Below are positions 19,866 to 29,223 of a stretch of 64,000 nt of DNA, piece by piece. The notes beneath the pieces are model-generated. The model was not told where the DNA came from and did not search any database. It saw only the letters and a program-made list of their open reading frames with translations. The position numbers and the translations under genes are program-made. Numbering within the stretch: position 1 is the stretch's first letter; each line of letters begins with the position of its first letter. Origin of the DNA: an uncultured Gemmatimonadaceae bacterium (GTDB lineage: Bacteria; Gemmatimonadota; Gemmatimonadetes; Gemmatimonadales; Gemmatimonadaceae); NCBI GenBank assembly GCA_963781585.1, contig CAWAGQ010000009.1, forward strand, positions 64,001 to 128,000. The letters run 5' to 3'.

Positions 19866-20915
19866 ATGACGAATGAGCCGTCGAAGGGCGCCGCGGACCC
19901 GCCGCGCCTGACGCGTGTGGCTGCACCGTCGGCAGTTGTGCGGTCGACGGAGCCGTCGGTCTCGCTGCGCGGCCTCACGAGGCGCTTTGGCGAGCGGACG
20001 GCGGTGGATGGCCTCACGTTCGACGTGGCGGGAGGCGAGCTGTTCGGTCTGGTGGGGCCGGACGGCGCGGGGAAGACGACGACGCTCCGGATGCTGTCCG
20101 GCGTGCTGCGACCGAGCGCCGGCGACGCGTTGGTGGGCGGCGTGAGCGTGGCGCAGGATCCAGAGGGGGTGAAGCATCGCATCGCCTACATGTCTCAGCG
20201 CTTCGGTCTCTACACGGATCTGACGGTCGGCGAGAACATCGAGTTCTACGCCGACCTCTATCTCGTGCCGCGGGCCGACCGGCCGGCGCGGCTGGAGCGG
20301 CTCTATCAGTTCTCCAGCCTGGGGCCGTTCGCGGGACGGCTGGCGGGGCAGCTCTCGGGCGGGATGAAGCAGAAGCTCTCGTTATGCTGCGCCCTCATTC
20401 ACCAGCCGGAGATCCTGCTGCTCGACGAGCCCACGTTCGGCGTGGATCCGATCTCCCGTCGCGACCTGTGGCTGATCGTGCACGAGATGGTGGCCCAGGG
20501 GGTGACGGTGCTGGTGTCGACCTCGTACCTGGACGAGGCGGAGCGCTGCGACCATGTGGCGATGCTCGACCGGGGGCGGGTTGTGGCGCTGGACCGCCCG
20601 GATGCCCTTCAGCGCAGCCTGCCGGGGGAGATGCTGTCGTTGCAGTCGGCCGATGCCCGGCGGGCGGTGGAGGTACTGCGGTCGGCGCCCGGAATCCGCC
20701 GGGCGTCGCTGTTCGGCGACACGGTCCATGTATCGCTAGGCTCGGAGGTGCGGGACTGGCCGGCCGCGGCCCGGCGCCTGGCCGAGGCAAGGGTGCCGGT
20801 GAGCGACGTGCACCGCATCGAACCGTCGCTCGAAGACGTCTTCATCGCGCGCGCGGAACGCGAGGGGTCGGGTCCAAACCGGGCGTCCGACGCCAGTGGT
20901 GCCGATGGCGCCTGA
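19866..20915 (+). CDS. ABC transporter ATP-binding protein (YbhF N-half-like)
   Basis: Walker A GPDGAGKTT, signature LSGGMKQK, Walker B LLLDEP. Confidence 0.95.
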   Translation: MTNEPSKGAADPPRLTRVAAPSAVVRSTEPSVSLRGLTRRFGERTAVDGLTFDVAGGELFGLVGPDGAGKTTTLRMLSGVLRPSAGDALVGGVSVAQDPEGVKHRIAYMSQRFGLYTDLTVGENIEFYADLYLVPRADRPARLERLYQFSSLGPFAGRLAGQLSGGMKQKLSLCCALIHQPEILLLDEPTFGVDPISRRDLWLIVHEMVAQGVTVLVSTSYLDEAERCDHVAMLDRGRVVALDRPDALQRSLPGEMLSLQSADARRAVEVLRSAPGIRRASLFGDTVHVSLGSEVRDWPAAARRLAEARVPVSDVHRIEPSLEDVFIARAEREGSGPNRASDASGADGA

Positions 20916-21924
20916 CGACGCTGGCACCCGTGCATCCGGCGGTACGGCCGGCGCGTCAAACGCGCCGCAGGCACCAGATCGCGACCGCCCGGTGGTCGTC
21001 TCGGTCCACGACCTGACGCGCACGTTCGGCGACTTCGTGGCGGTCGATCACGTCTCGTTCGACGTGCACCGCGGAGAGATCTTCGGATTCCTGGGGCCCA
21101 ACGGCGCCGGCAAGACGACCACCATCAAAATGCTCACCGGTCTGCTCGCGGCGACGTCCGGCTCGGGGACGGTCGCGGGGTTCGACATCCGGACCGAGCC
21201 GGAGTCGATCAAGGCGCGCATTGGCTACATGTCGCAGCTCTTTTCGCTCTATGGCGACCTCACGGTCGACGAGAATATTGCGTTCTTCGCCGGGCTGTAT
21301 GAGGTCACGGGCGAGCGCTTCGCGCGCCGGCGCGACTGGGTGCTGCAGATGGCCGGGCTGGAGGGCGAGCGCGACCGGATGACGGCCGAGCTGGCGCTGG
21401 GATGGAAGCAACGGCTGGCGTTGGGGTGCGCCGTGCTGCACGAGCCGCCGGTCCTGTTCCTCGACGAGCCCACCTCGGGCGTGGATCCCATCTCGCGGCG
21501 CCGATTCTGGGACCTGATCTACTCGTTCGCCGACCGCGGAACCACGGTGTTCGTGAGCACCCACTATATGGAAGAGGCCGAATACTGCCACCGGCTGGCG
21601 CTGATGAACCGGGGACGGCTGATCGCGCTCGACCGCCCGGGCGCGCTGCGCGAGCGTGTGGGTGAGCCGATTCTCGAGCTGCGCGTGGACAACGGACCGG
21701 CCGCGGTGCAGGTGCTGCAGCACGCGCCCGGCGTCCTCGAGGCCACGCTGTTCGGGCGGGCGGTCCACGTCGTGGTGGACGACGAAGAGGCGGCGGAACG
21801 CGCGCTGCCCGGGCTGCTGCAGCAGCGCGGACTGACCAGCCACGCGGTCACGCCGGTGCGCCCTTCGCTCGAGGACGTGTTCGTGTCGCTGGTGCGCCGC
21901 GAAGGCGGCGCCGCCGCCGGGTGA
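20896..21924 (+). CDS. ABC transporter ATP-binding protein (YbhF C-half-like)
   Basis: GPNGAGKTT, degenerate signature LALGWKQR, LFLDEPTSGVDP, THYMEEAEYC. Confidence 0.95.
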   Translation: MVPMAPDDAGTRASGGTAGASNAPQAPDRDRPVVVSVHDLTRTFGDFVAVDHVSFDVHRGEIFGFLGPNGAGKTTTIKMLTGLLAATSGSGTVAGFDIRTEPESIKARIGYMSQLFSLYGDLTVDENIAFFAGLYEVTGERFARRRDWVLQMAGLEGERDRMTAELALGWKQRLALGCAVLHEPPVLFLDEPTSGVDPISRRRFWDLIYSFADRGTTVFVSTHYMEEAEYCHRLALMNRGRLIALDRPGALRERVGEPILELRVDNGPAAVQVLQHAPGVLEATLFGRAVHVVVDDEEAAERALPGLLQQRGLTSHAVTPVRPSLEDVFVSLVRREGGAAAG

Positions 21925-21928
21925 CGCC

Positions 21929-23050
21929 ATGAATCTGAGTACCACGCGCCTGCTCGCGATCGCGCGGAAGGAGGTCGTGCAGTTGCGCCGCGATCCCCGC
22001 AGCCTGGCGATGGCGTTCGTGGTGCCGGCCGCGATGATCGTGTTCTTCGGCTACGTCATCAGTTTCGACGTCAACGACATCCGGATGGCGGTACTGGATC
22101 AGGATCACACGCCACAGAGCCGGGAGCTCGTCGCAGCGTTCGAGGCGGCCGGGCGGTTCCATGTCAGGTCGCGCCTGACGTCGTACGGCGAGATCGAACC
22201 GCTGATGGTGCGGGCCGGCGCGCGGCTCGTGCTGGTCATTCCCCCCGGCTTCCAGCGCGAGCTCTCCACCGGCGGCCCGGCGCCGATCCAGGCGATCGTC
22301 GACGGTGCCGACGCCAACACGGCGGCGATCGCACTCAACTACGCCGACGTCATCGCGGCCTCCTTTTCGGCATCCCGGTCCAGCGGCGCGGCGCGGCGGC
22401 CTGCCCCGATCGTGGTGGGCGATCGCGTCTGGTACAACGAGACGCTCGCCAGCAGCAACATGATCGTCCCCGGACTGGTGGCGATGATCATGATGATCAT
22501 CGCCGCGATGCTGACCGCGCTCACCGTGGCCCGGGAATGGGAGCGCGGCACCATGGAGCAGCTCGCGGCCACGCCGGTCCACCGCGTGGAGGTCATCATC
22601 GGCAAGCTGCTGCCGTATCTCGGCATCGGCCTGTTCGACGTCACCGCCGCGGTGCTGATCGGCATGTACGTGTTCGACGTCCCGTTCCGGGGGAGCCCGC
22701 TCCTCCTGTTCGCGATGGCGATCCTGTTCCTGCTCGGCTCGTTAGGCCTGGGGATCTGGATCAGCGCGGCCGTGAAGTCGCAGCTGCTGGCCACCCAGAC
22801 CTCAATGCTGGTCACCTTCCTGCCGTCACTGATCCTGTCGGGCCTGCTGTTCGACATCGCCAGCATGCCGATCGCGCTGCGCGCCATCTCGACGGTGGTG
22901 CCGGCGCGGTATTTCATCGTCGTGCTGCGGGGCATCTTCCTCAAGGGCGTGGGGCTCGACGTTCTCTGGACCCAGGGCGTTGCGATGGTGCTGTTCGCGA
23001 CCCTCGGCCTCGGGCTTGCCGTGCACGCATTCCGCAAGGAAATCGCATGA
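21929..23050 (+). CDS. ABC-2 transporter permease (YbhS-like)
   Basis: RKEVVQLRRD and AREWERGTMEQL motifs; 6 TM. Confidence 0.93.
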   Translation: MNLSTTRLLAIARKEVVQLRRDPRSLAMAFVVPAAMIVFFGYVISFDVNDIRMAVLDQDHTPQSRELVAAFEAAGRFHVRSRLTSYGEIEPLMVRAGARLVLVIPPGFQRELSTGGPAPIQAIVDGADANTAAIALNYADVIAASFSASRSSGAARRPAPIVVGDRVWYNETLASSNMIVPGLVAMIMMIIAAMLTALTVAREWERGTMEQLAATPVHRVEVIIGKLLPYLGIGLFDVTAAVLIGMYVFDVPFRGSPLLLFAMAILFLLGSLGLGIWISAAVKSQLLATQTSMLVTFLPSLILSGLLFDIASMPIALRAISTVVPARYFIVVLRGIFLKGVGLDVLWTQGVAMVLFATLGLGLAVHAFRKEIA

Positions 23051-24198
23051 TGCGGCCGTGGCTCAGCATCGGCCGCCTCCGCCAGATGGTGCGCAAGGAG
23101 CTGCGCCAGGCGCTGCGGGATCCTCGTTCGCAGCGGATCCTCTTCGTGGCACCGGTGGTGCAACTCCTGATCTTCGGGTACGCCGTGACCACCGACGTGC
23201 GCAACACCGGAACGTTCGTTGTCGACCACGATCGCTCGGCGGAATCGCGCGGGCTGGTGAGCGCGCTGGCGGCCGGCGGCTACTTTCGCATCGTCGGCCG
23301 GAGCGAGCGGTCTGTGGATCTCTCGGCGGCCCTCGACCACGGCGACGCCCTGGTCGGTCTGGAGATCCCGCGCGGCTTCGCCGCGGATCTGGCGAGCGGG
23401 CGCCAGGCCTCGGTTCAGTTGCTCGTCGATGGCAGCACCGCGAACACGGCCAACGTGGCTCATGGCTATGCGATGCGGATCATCGCACGGTTTGCGGCCG
23501 AGCAGGGTGGCGCGGTCGCGGCACGCGCCGGGAGCGAGGTCCCGCCGGCTACGAGCGGCGTGGATTTCCGCGCGCGCGCCTGGTTCAACCCCGACCTCGC
23601 CAGCCGGGTGTACAACGTGCCGGGCGTGATCGGCACCGTGACGATGTTGATGACCCTGCTCCTGACTTCGCTGGCGGTGGTGCGCGAACGCGAGATCGGG
23701 ACTCTCGAGCAGCTGATGGTGAGCCCGCTCCGTCCGTCGGAATTGATTCTCGGGAAGACGGTGCCGGTGGTCCTGATTGCCCTCGTGGATCTGGCGCTGA
23801 TCACGACGATTGCGCTCTTCTGGTTCCACGTGCCGTTTCGCGGAAGCTTCCTGCTGCTGCTGGTCGCGAGTCTGGCCTACATCCTTACTGGCCTCGGCAT
23901 CGGGCTCTTCATCTCGACCGTCTCGAGCACGCAACAGGAAGCGTTCATGTCGATGTTCTTCTTCCTGCTGCCGGCGATTCTGCTGTCGGGGTTCATGTTT
24001 CCGATCGAGAGCATGCCGGTCGTACTCCAGTACCTCACGCTGCTCGATCCGCTACGCCATTTTCTGGTGGTGGTGCGAGGGATCTTCCTGCGGGGCGCCG
24101 GATGGCAGGTGCTGCATCGCGAGATCCTGGTGCTGATGGCGATGGGCGTGACGGTGTTGTGGATCGCCACGACGCGGTTCCGGAAGACGAGCGGGTGA
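23047..24198 (+). CDS. ABC-2 transporter permease (YbhR-like)
   Basis: RKELRQALRD, VREREIGTLEQLMVSP and LSGFMFPIESMP motifs. ATGA-coupled start at 23047, inside the longer track ORF 22537-24198. Confidence 0.93.
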   Translation: MMRPWLSIGRLRQMVRKELRQALRDPRSQRILFVAPVVQLLIFGYAVTTDVRNTGTFVVDHDRSAESRGLVSALAAGGYFRIVGRSERSVDLSAALDHGDALVGLEIPRGFAADLASGRQASVQLLVDGSTANTANVAHGYAMRIIARFAAEQGGAVAARAGSEVPPATSGVDFRARAWFNPDLASRVYNVPGVIGTVTMLMTLLLTSLAVVREREIGTLEQLMVSPLRPSELILGKTVPVVLIALVDLALITTIALFWFHVPFRGSFLLLLVASLAYILTGLGIGLFISTVSSTQQEAFMSMFFFLLPAILLSGFMFPIESMPVVLQYLTLLDPLRHFLVVVRGIFLRGAGWQVLHREILVLMAMGVTVLWIATTRFRKTSG

Positions 24199-24200
24199 GC

Positions 24201-24397
24201 CAGTTGTCAGTTTTCAGCAGCCGGTTTCAGCTGTCCGTTCTTCAGTCGTCCGGTCGCACGGTGTCGCCAATCAGTGTGAACCCTGCCGGGTTACTTCCCG
24301 GAACACCTTGAGCATGCTGAGAACCGAGAGCCAGGGACCGACAGCTGATGACTGACCGTGACTGACAACTGATCACTGATAATCACCGACTACTGAC
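24201..24397. repeat. Inverted pair of degenerate 7-nt tandem arrays (CAGTTNT-type at 24201-24249; reverse CTGANNA-type at about 24317-24397)
   Basis: CAGTTGT CAGTTTT CAGCAGC..CAGCTGT..CAGTCGT, and CTGAGAA..CTGATGA CTGACCG..CTGACAA CTGATCA CTGATAA. Confidence 0.65.
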
Positions 24398-24412
24398 GTT
24401 TCCCGTCAATCG

Positions 24413-24832
24413 ATGCCCCTTCCCCCATCCATCGAAACCGTCCTGCAGCGATTTCAGGTCCTCGGGCGCGAGGAGAAGATGCAGGCGCTGGTGTCGTACG
24501 CGAAGAAGCTCGAGCCGGTGCCTGAGCGATTCATGGCGCTCGACGACGACGCCTTCGCGGTGCCGGAGTGCCAGACGCCGGTGCGCATCTTTCCCGAGCG
24601 GCGCGACGGCCTCCTGCACTTCTACGCCGACGTGGACGTGCGCCGCTCACCGACCGTTGCGGCATTCCTCAGCATTCTCCTCGGCGCCGTGAACGACCAA
24701 CCGCCGAGCGCCACGCTCGCCGTTCCCGACGACTTCGTGCGGATCGTCATGCAGAGCGTCGGGCTCGGAGCACGCGAAGTGGGACTCGAAGCACTGGTGG
24801 CGCGACTCAAGCGCTTCGCGCGGGAGGCGTAG
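24413..24832 (+). CDS. sufE: SufE family Fe-S/sulfur-acceptor protein
   Basis: VPECQTPV conserved Cys motif, FYADV, SPTVAAF; 139 aa. Confidence 0.82.
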   Translation: MPLPPSIETVLQRFQVLGREEKMQALVSYAKKLEPVPERFMALDDDAFAVPECQTPVRIFPERRDGLLHFYADVDVRRSPTVAAFLSILLGAVNDQPPSATLAVPDDFVRIVMQSVGLGAREVGLEALVARLKRFAREA

Positions 24833-25032
24833 CCGGCGCGGCGACGTTCCCGGGGGGAAGGGTTCCGACACCATCGCCGGGCCTCGTCGCGAGTCGGGCG
24901 CGACCGGTTCGCGAGGAGCGCTCGGGTGGCGCGACCGCCGCTCGCCACGCCTTCCCTTTGGCGACGGTCTCTCTGCACTATTCGAGCACGGCGCGTGCCA
25001 CGCGGTGCCCGCCCCAACGCGGAGCGGTTGTC

Positions 25033-25392
25033 ATGGGGGTCCTGCAGATCAGGGTCAAGCGTCATGGTCCGTATACGATCGCGCTGGAGGACGCGGGCGC
25101 GGTGTGCATCGTCGACCACGACGGAAACCAGCTCATCCCCGAGCCGGGACGCCCGATTGTGCTGTGCCGCTGCGGGGGGTCGGGCACCAAGCCGTTCTGC
25201 GATGGAACGCACAAGCGGAATGGATTCCTGCGACCGACGGGTTGGAGACCAGAGGGCGGAGAACAGCGCGTTGGAGGAGGGGGCGCGGCGGCGCGAGAAG
25301 CGGAGGGACGAGGTCAGGGTACCGAGGGACGCAACGAGTTGCCCGTCGAAGGAAGCGCGGAGACGAAAGTCGACGCGCGGAGAGGGAGATGA
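25033..25392 (+). CDS. CDGSH iron-sulfur domain protein with a low-complexity C-terminal tail
   Basis: HGPY...LCRCGGSGTKPFCDGTH; start at ATG 25033 after GGAG. Confidence 0.88.
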   Translation: MGVLQIRVKRHGPYTIALEDAGAVCIVDHDGNQLIPEPGRPIVLCRCGGSGTKPFCDGTHKRNGFLRPTGWRPEGGEQRVGGGGAAAREAEGRGQGTEGRNELPVEGSAETKVDARRGR

Positions 25393-26444
25393 CGCGCGGC
25401 ACCACCGCGCACGCGGCGATGTTTGCGCCGCAATCGGAAGACGAGCTCGAAGATCTGCTTTCCCGGCCCACCGCCGGCGTGATCGACGCGCTGCGCGCAT
25501 GCCCTGGCGACGTGATCGTCCTGGGAGCGGGCGGCAAGATGGGACCGACGCTGGCCCGCATGGTGCGGCGGGCCGCGACCACGCTGGGCGACGGCCGTCG
25601 GGTCTTCGCGGCGTCGCGATTCTCGTCCGATCGCGCCCACGCGCAACTCGAGGCGTGGCGCGTCGAGTCCCTGCGCGTCGACCTCACCGACCAGGCGGCG
25701 CTGCGCGCCCTGCCCGACGTGCCTAACGTGATTTGCATGGCCGGGCAGAAGTTCGGCACCCGCGAGCTCCCTTCCCTCACCTGGGTCACCAACACGGTCG
25801 TCCCGGCGCTGGTGGCCGAGCGGTATCGCGAGGCGCGGATCGTGACGTTCTCCACCGGCAACGTCTATCCGCTGACTCCGGCGTCAGGCAGCGGGTCGCG
25901 CGAAACGGACGCACTCGGCCCGCTGGGCGAGTACGCCTGGTCGTGCGTGGGGCGCGAGCGGGTGCTGGAGCAGGCGTCGCGCGCGCGCGGGACCGCGATG
26001 GCGATCGTGCGGTTGAACTACGCGGTCGATCTGCGCTATGGGGTGCTGGTGGATCTCGCCCGCCGCGTCGCGGCCGGGGAACCGGTCGATCTCCGGATGG
26101 GCGCAGTGAACGTGATCTGGCAGGGGGACGCGACCGCGCAGGCGATTCAGTGTCTGCCGCACGCGGCGGTGCCCCCGTTCGTGGTAAACGTCACGGGTCC
26201 GGAGCGTCTGTCGGTGCGCGCACTGGCGCTCGAGCTGGGGCGTCACGTCGGTCGGGAGCCGGTGTTCTCCGGGAGCGAGGAAGCCGATGCACTGCTGAGC
26301 GACACCCGGCTCGCGCAATCGCTGTTCGGCCGGCCGGCGGTCTCGGCGGAGACGCTGGTGGCGTGGACCGCGGAGTGGCTGCGGGCGGGGCATCCCACGT
26401 CAGGCAGGGCCACGCATTTCGAGGAACGCGAGGGCACCTTCTGA
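25389..26444 (+). CDS. NAD-dependent epimerase/dehydratase family protein
   Basis: LGAGGKMGPTL, MAGQKFGT, FSTGNVYP, YAWSCVGRER and RLNYAVDLRYG motifs. Confidence 0.88.
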   Translation: MTRGTTAHAAMFAPQSEDELEDLLSRPTAGVIDALRACPGDVIVLGAGGKMGPTLARMVRRAATTLGDGRRVFAASRFSSDRAHAQLEAWRVESLRVDLTDQAALRALPDVPNVICMAGQKFGTRELPSLTWVTNTVVPALVAERYREARIVTFSTGNVYPLTPASGSGSRETDALGPLGEYAWSCVGRERVLEQASRARGTAMAIVRLNYAVDLRYGVLVDLARRVAAGEPVDLRMGAVNVIWQGDATAQAIQCLPHAAVPPFVVNVTGPERLSVRALALELGRHVGREPVFSGSEEADALLSDTRLAQSLFGRPAVSAETLVAWTAEWLRAGHPTSGRATHFEEREGTF

Positions 26445-27484
26445 ACGTCCGTCGCCACCTGCTCACCGGCACGGTCATCCCGGCGCACCCGCTGGCCCTC
26501 ACGCCGCGCCGGACGCTCGACGAGCGCCGGCAGCAGGCCCTCACGCGGTACTACCTGGACGCCGGCGCCGGCGGCCTCGCGGTCGCCGTGCACACCACCC
26601 AGTTCGCCATTCGGGGACCGCGCGTCGGGCTGCTGCGACCGGTTCTGTCGCTGGCGGCCGACACGGCGCGGAGCTGGCGCGATCCCGCGCGTCCGGTTGC
26701 CCTGGTGGCCGGCATCTGCGGCGACACGAAACAGGCGGTGATGGAGGCCTCGCTGGCCGCGTCGCTCGGCTACCACGCGGGGCTGGTGAGCCTCGCGGCA
26801 CTGGGTGACGCCAGCGACGACCGGCTGCTCCGGCACTGCCGCGCCGTGGCCGACGTCCTGCCGCTGTTCGGCTTCTACCTGCAGCCGGCCGTGGGCGGAC
26901 GGGCGTTAGGCTACCGCTTCTGGCGGGAGCTGGCCGAACTCGCCGGATTGATCGCCGTGAAAATCGCGCCGTTCAGCCGCTACGCCACGCTCGACGTGGT
27001 GCGCGCCATGGCCGATGCCGGCCGGGACGACGTGGCGCTCTACACCGGCAACGACGACTCGATCATCCTCGACCTGCTCACGTCCTTTCCGTTCGGCGCC
27101 GGCGGCCGCGTTGGCGAGCGGCGGATCGTAGGCGGACTGCTCGGACAGTGGGCAGTGTGGACGCACCGGGCCGTGGAACTCCTTGCCGAAACGCGACGCG
27201 CGTCGTCAAGGGCGCAGATGGGCCGGCGCTGGCTGGCGCGCGCCGCCGCGCTGACTGATGCCAACGGTGCGATCTTCGATGCGTCGAACGGCTTCGCCGG
27301 CTCCATCCCCGGCATCCACGAGGTCCTGCGCCGACAGGGACTGCTGCGCGGCACGTGGTGCCTCGATCCCCGGGAACGGATGTCGCCGGGTCAGTCTCGC
27401 GAGATCGACCGGGTGCTGCGGAGCTATCCGGAGCTCACGGACGACGAATTCGTGGCCGGGAATCTGGATCGGTGGATGGCGTAG
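26441..27484 (+). CDS. Dihydrodipicolinate synthase/N-acetylneuraminate lyase-like family protein
   Basis: VIPAHPLAL, AVHTTQF, FYLQPAVGG, Schiff-base Lys in AVKIAPF, YTGNDD. Start is uncertain: CTG at 26441 overlaps the upstream stop. Confidence 0.85.
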   Translation: MNVRRHLLTGTVIPAHPLALTPRRTLDERRQQALTRYYLDAGAGGLAVAVHTTQFAIRGPRVGLLRPVLSLAADTARSWRDPARPVALVAGICGDTKQAVMEASLAASLGYHAGLVSLAALGDASDDRLLRHCRAVADVLPLFGFYLQPAVGGRALGYRFWRELAELAGLIAVKIAPFSRYATLDVVRAMADAGRDDVALYTGNDDSIILDLLTSFPFGAGGRVGERRIVGGLLGQWAVWTHRAVELLAETRRASSRAQMGRRWLARAAALTDANGAIFDASNGFAGSIPGIHEVLRRQGLLRGTWCLDPRERMSPGQSREIDRVLRSYPELTDDEFVAGNLDRWMA

Positions 27485-27612
27485 GTATCCGGTGAGTCCA
27501 GGGTCCAGAGGGCTGCATGCCCGAACCCGGGAATTCCGGCAGCTCGATCTCGGTGCAATCGATTGACTCGGCGCGCATTCGAATGGTACTTCAGATGGAC
27601 GCTTCCGGAGCT

Positions 27613-27993
27613 ATGATGACGGACGAAATGGGAATCCTCCGCGTGGATGTGACAATCGAGAACCAGCTGCGACCGGGCGAGAGCCGGGTTCTCCGCGGAG
27701 TCATGGTCGATACCGGGGCGGAACTATCCTGGGCTCCAGCCGATGTCCTGGAGGCGCTTGGCATCGCTCGCGTGAAACGCATCGCATTCCAGCAGGCGGA
27801 CGGGACCGTCCTCGACCGGTGGGTTGGCTTCGCCGTGCTGCACGCCGAGGGGGCCGTCACCGTTGACGAGATCGTCTTTGGCGCGCCTGACGACCTGGTG
27901 CTGCTCGGCGCACGCACGTTGGAAGGGATGAACCTGAAGATCGACCTCACCGCAAAGCGGTTGGTGGCCGGCGGACCCATGATGGCCGCCTAA
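27613..27993 (+). CDS. Retropepsin-like (clan AA) aspartyl protease, paralog 1
   Basis: VDTGAELSW catalytic DTG and LLGARTLEG; about 126 aa. Confidence 0.82.
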   Translation: MMTDEMGILRVDVTIENQLRPGESRVLRGVMVDTGAELSWAPADVLEALGIARVKRIAFQQADGTVLDRWVGFAVLHAEGAVTVDEIVFGAPDDLVLLGARTLEGMNLKIDLTAKRLVAGGPMMAA

Positions 27994-28787
27994 CGCCGCG
28001 GCGCCACCCAGTGCTTCGCGGTCGTCCAGGTCGCTGGTGAGAAGAGCCCCGTATCGATCGCCACATCGACCTTCCAGTCCGCATACTGCTCCGCCTGACG
28101 ACGCACGCCGTTGACGGACATCGCGATCTGCGTCGCCAGCCATCCCTTCCCAACGGCCACGTATCCGTCGAGGTGAATGTCCATCGGCGGGGTGGTGGGA
28201 GACGGCTGGAGGATCATCCGTACTACGACGTCGCGTTGCGCGTCGATCCAGATCTGTGGCGAGGTCGTGTCCGTCGCGGTCGCGACACCGATGATCCATA
28301 CGCGGCGGCCCCGCCACGTTCCCGGCGTCACCCGGCTCATGTCTACTCCAGTAGGTGTCAGCTCGCGCACCGTCTCGTCCACCGGCTGCAGATACACGCC
28401 CTCGATGAGCGGGAGGAACTCGTTGCCGCCCGCGCGCGACGTGGCCAGCTTCCCGTCGCGCACCCGATAGGTCGAATCAGCGCTGAAGAGCACGCCATTG
28501 CCGAGTGACGGCTCGCCGATGTCGATCCGGAGCCAGGTGCCATGGTCGGGCGTGTGGCGGAGGGTCTCGTACCAAGTCTCGACAGTGTCAGTGCCATTTG
28601 GCTGGCGCAGCGTGGTCGTCTGCCGGAAGATGAGTGTGCGGTACCACTGCCCCTGATAGGCATCGTGCATGCGCTGCAGCACCTCGGCGCCGGAACGCGG
28701 TACATCCGCCTGGGCGTCGAGGCGTGCGGCCACGATGGAGAGGCCGGCAACCCAGATCGCGGCGATACGTCGAGACGGGAGATGCAT
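27990..28787 (-). CDS. Hypothetical secreted protein (possible LolA-like fold)
   Basis: Signal peptide MHLPSRRIAAIWVAGLSIVAARLDA; WYRTLIFRQ, WYE, WIDAQR; ends GLFSP..W...HW. Confidence 0.7.
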   Translation of the reverse strand: MHLPSRRIAAIWVAGLSIVAARLDAQADVPRSGAEVLQRMHDAYQGQWYRTLIFRQTTTLRQPNGTDTVETWYETLRHTPDHGTWLRIDIGEPSLGNGVLFSADSTYRVRDGKLATSRAGGNEFLPLIEGVYLQPVDETVRELTPTGVDMSRVTPGTWRGRRVWIIGVATATDTTSPQIWIDAQRDVVVRMILQPSPTTPPMDIHLDGYVAVGKGWLATQIAMSVNGVRRQAEQYADWKVDVAIDTGLFSPATWTTAKHWVAPRR

Positions 28788-29223
28788 GGTCGATAGTCCG
28801 TCGGTGGGAGAAACGAGTCGCGTGTCAGGGACGAACACCGCGGCACGAGGTCGGCCCGGAGACGGGAGAAGAGTCGTTGCGCGGACGGAGCGCGCGCCAG
28901 ACCCAGGCACATCACCGATGCTCTGGTCGGCTGCTGTGGGAGATCCGGCCGCCGGCCTTCCGCACCACGGCGACGGAGAGTAGTTCCTCCAGGCCGTATT
29001 CGCCACCATGTGGCCCGGCGGTCCCGACGGGCTTGGCTGACGTCGTGGCAGACGCGTCGGGCATTGGCGCAACGCCCGATCGCGACCCGACTACGCATCA
29101 TCCCCGGCCAGTCGCAAGTCGTACCACATTGAACGATTCGACCCCCGCAATTGTCCACATAGTACGAACATTTCGCTTCCCGTTTCCCGTCGCCCCGCAC
29201 TCCTCCCGTCCCCTCGCGCCATC

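Noticed and set aside
28788..29223. Structured ncRNA in the 435-bp divergent intergenic region (hairpin near 29056-29082)
   Set aside because: GC-rich hairpins are expected by chance and I recognised no RNA family motif.
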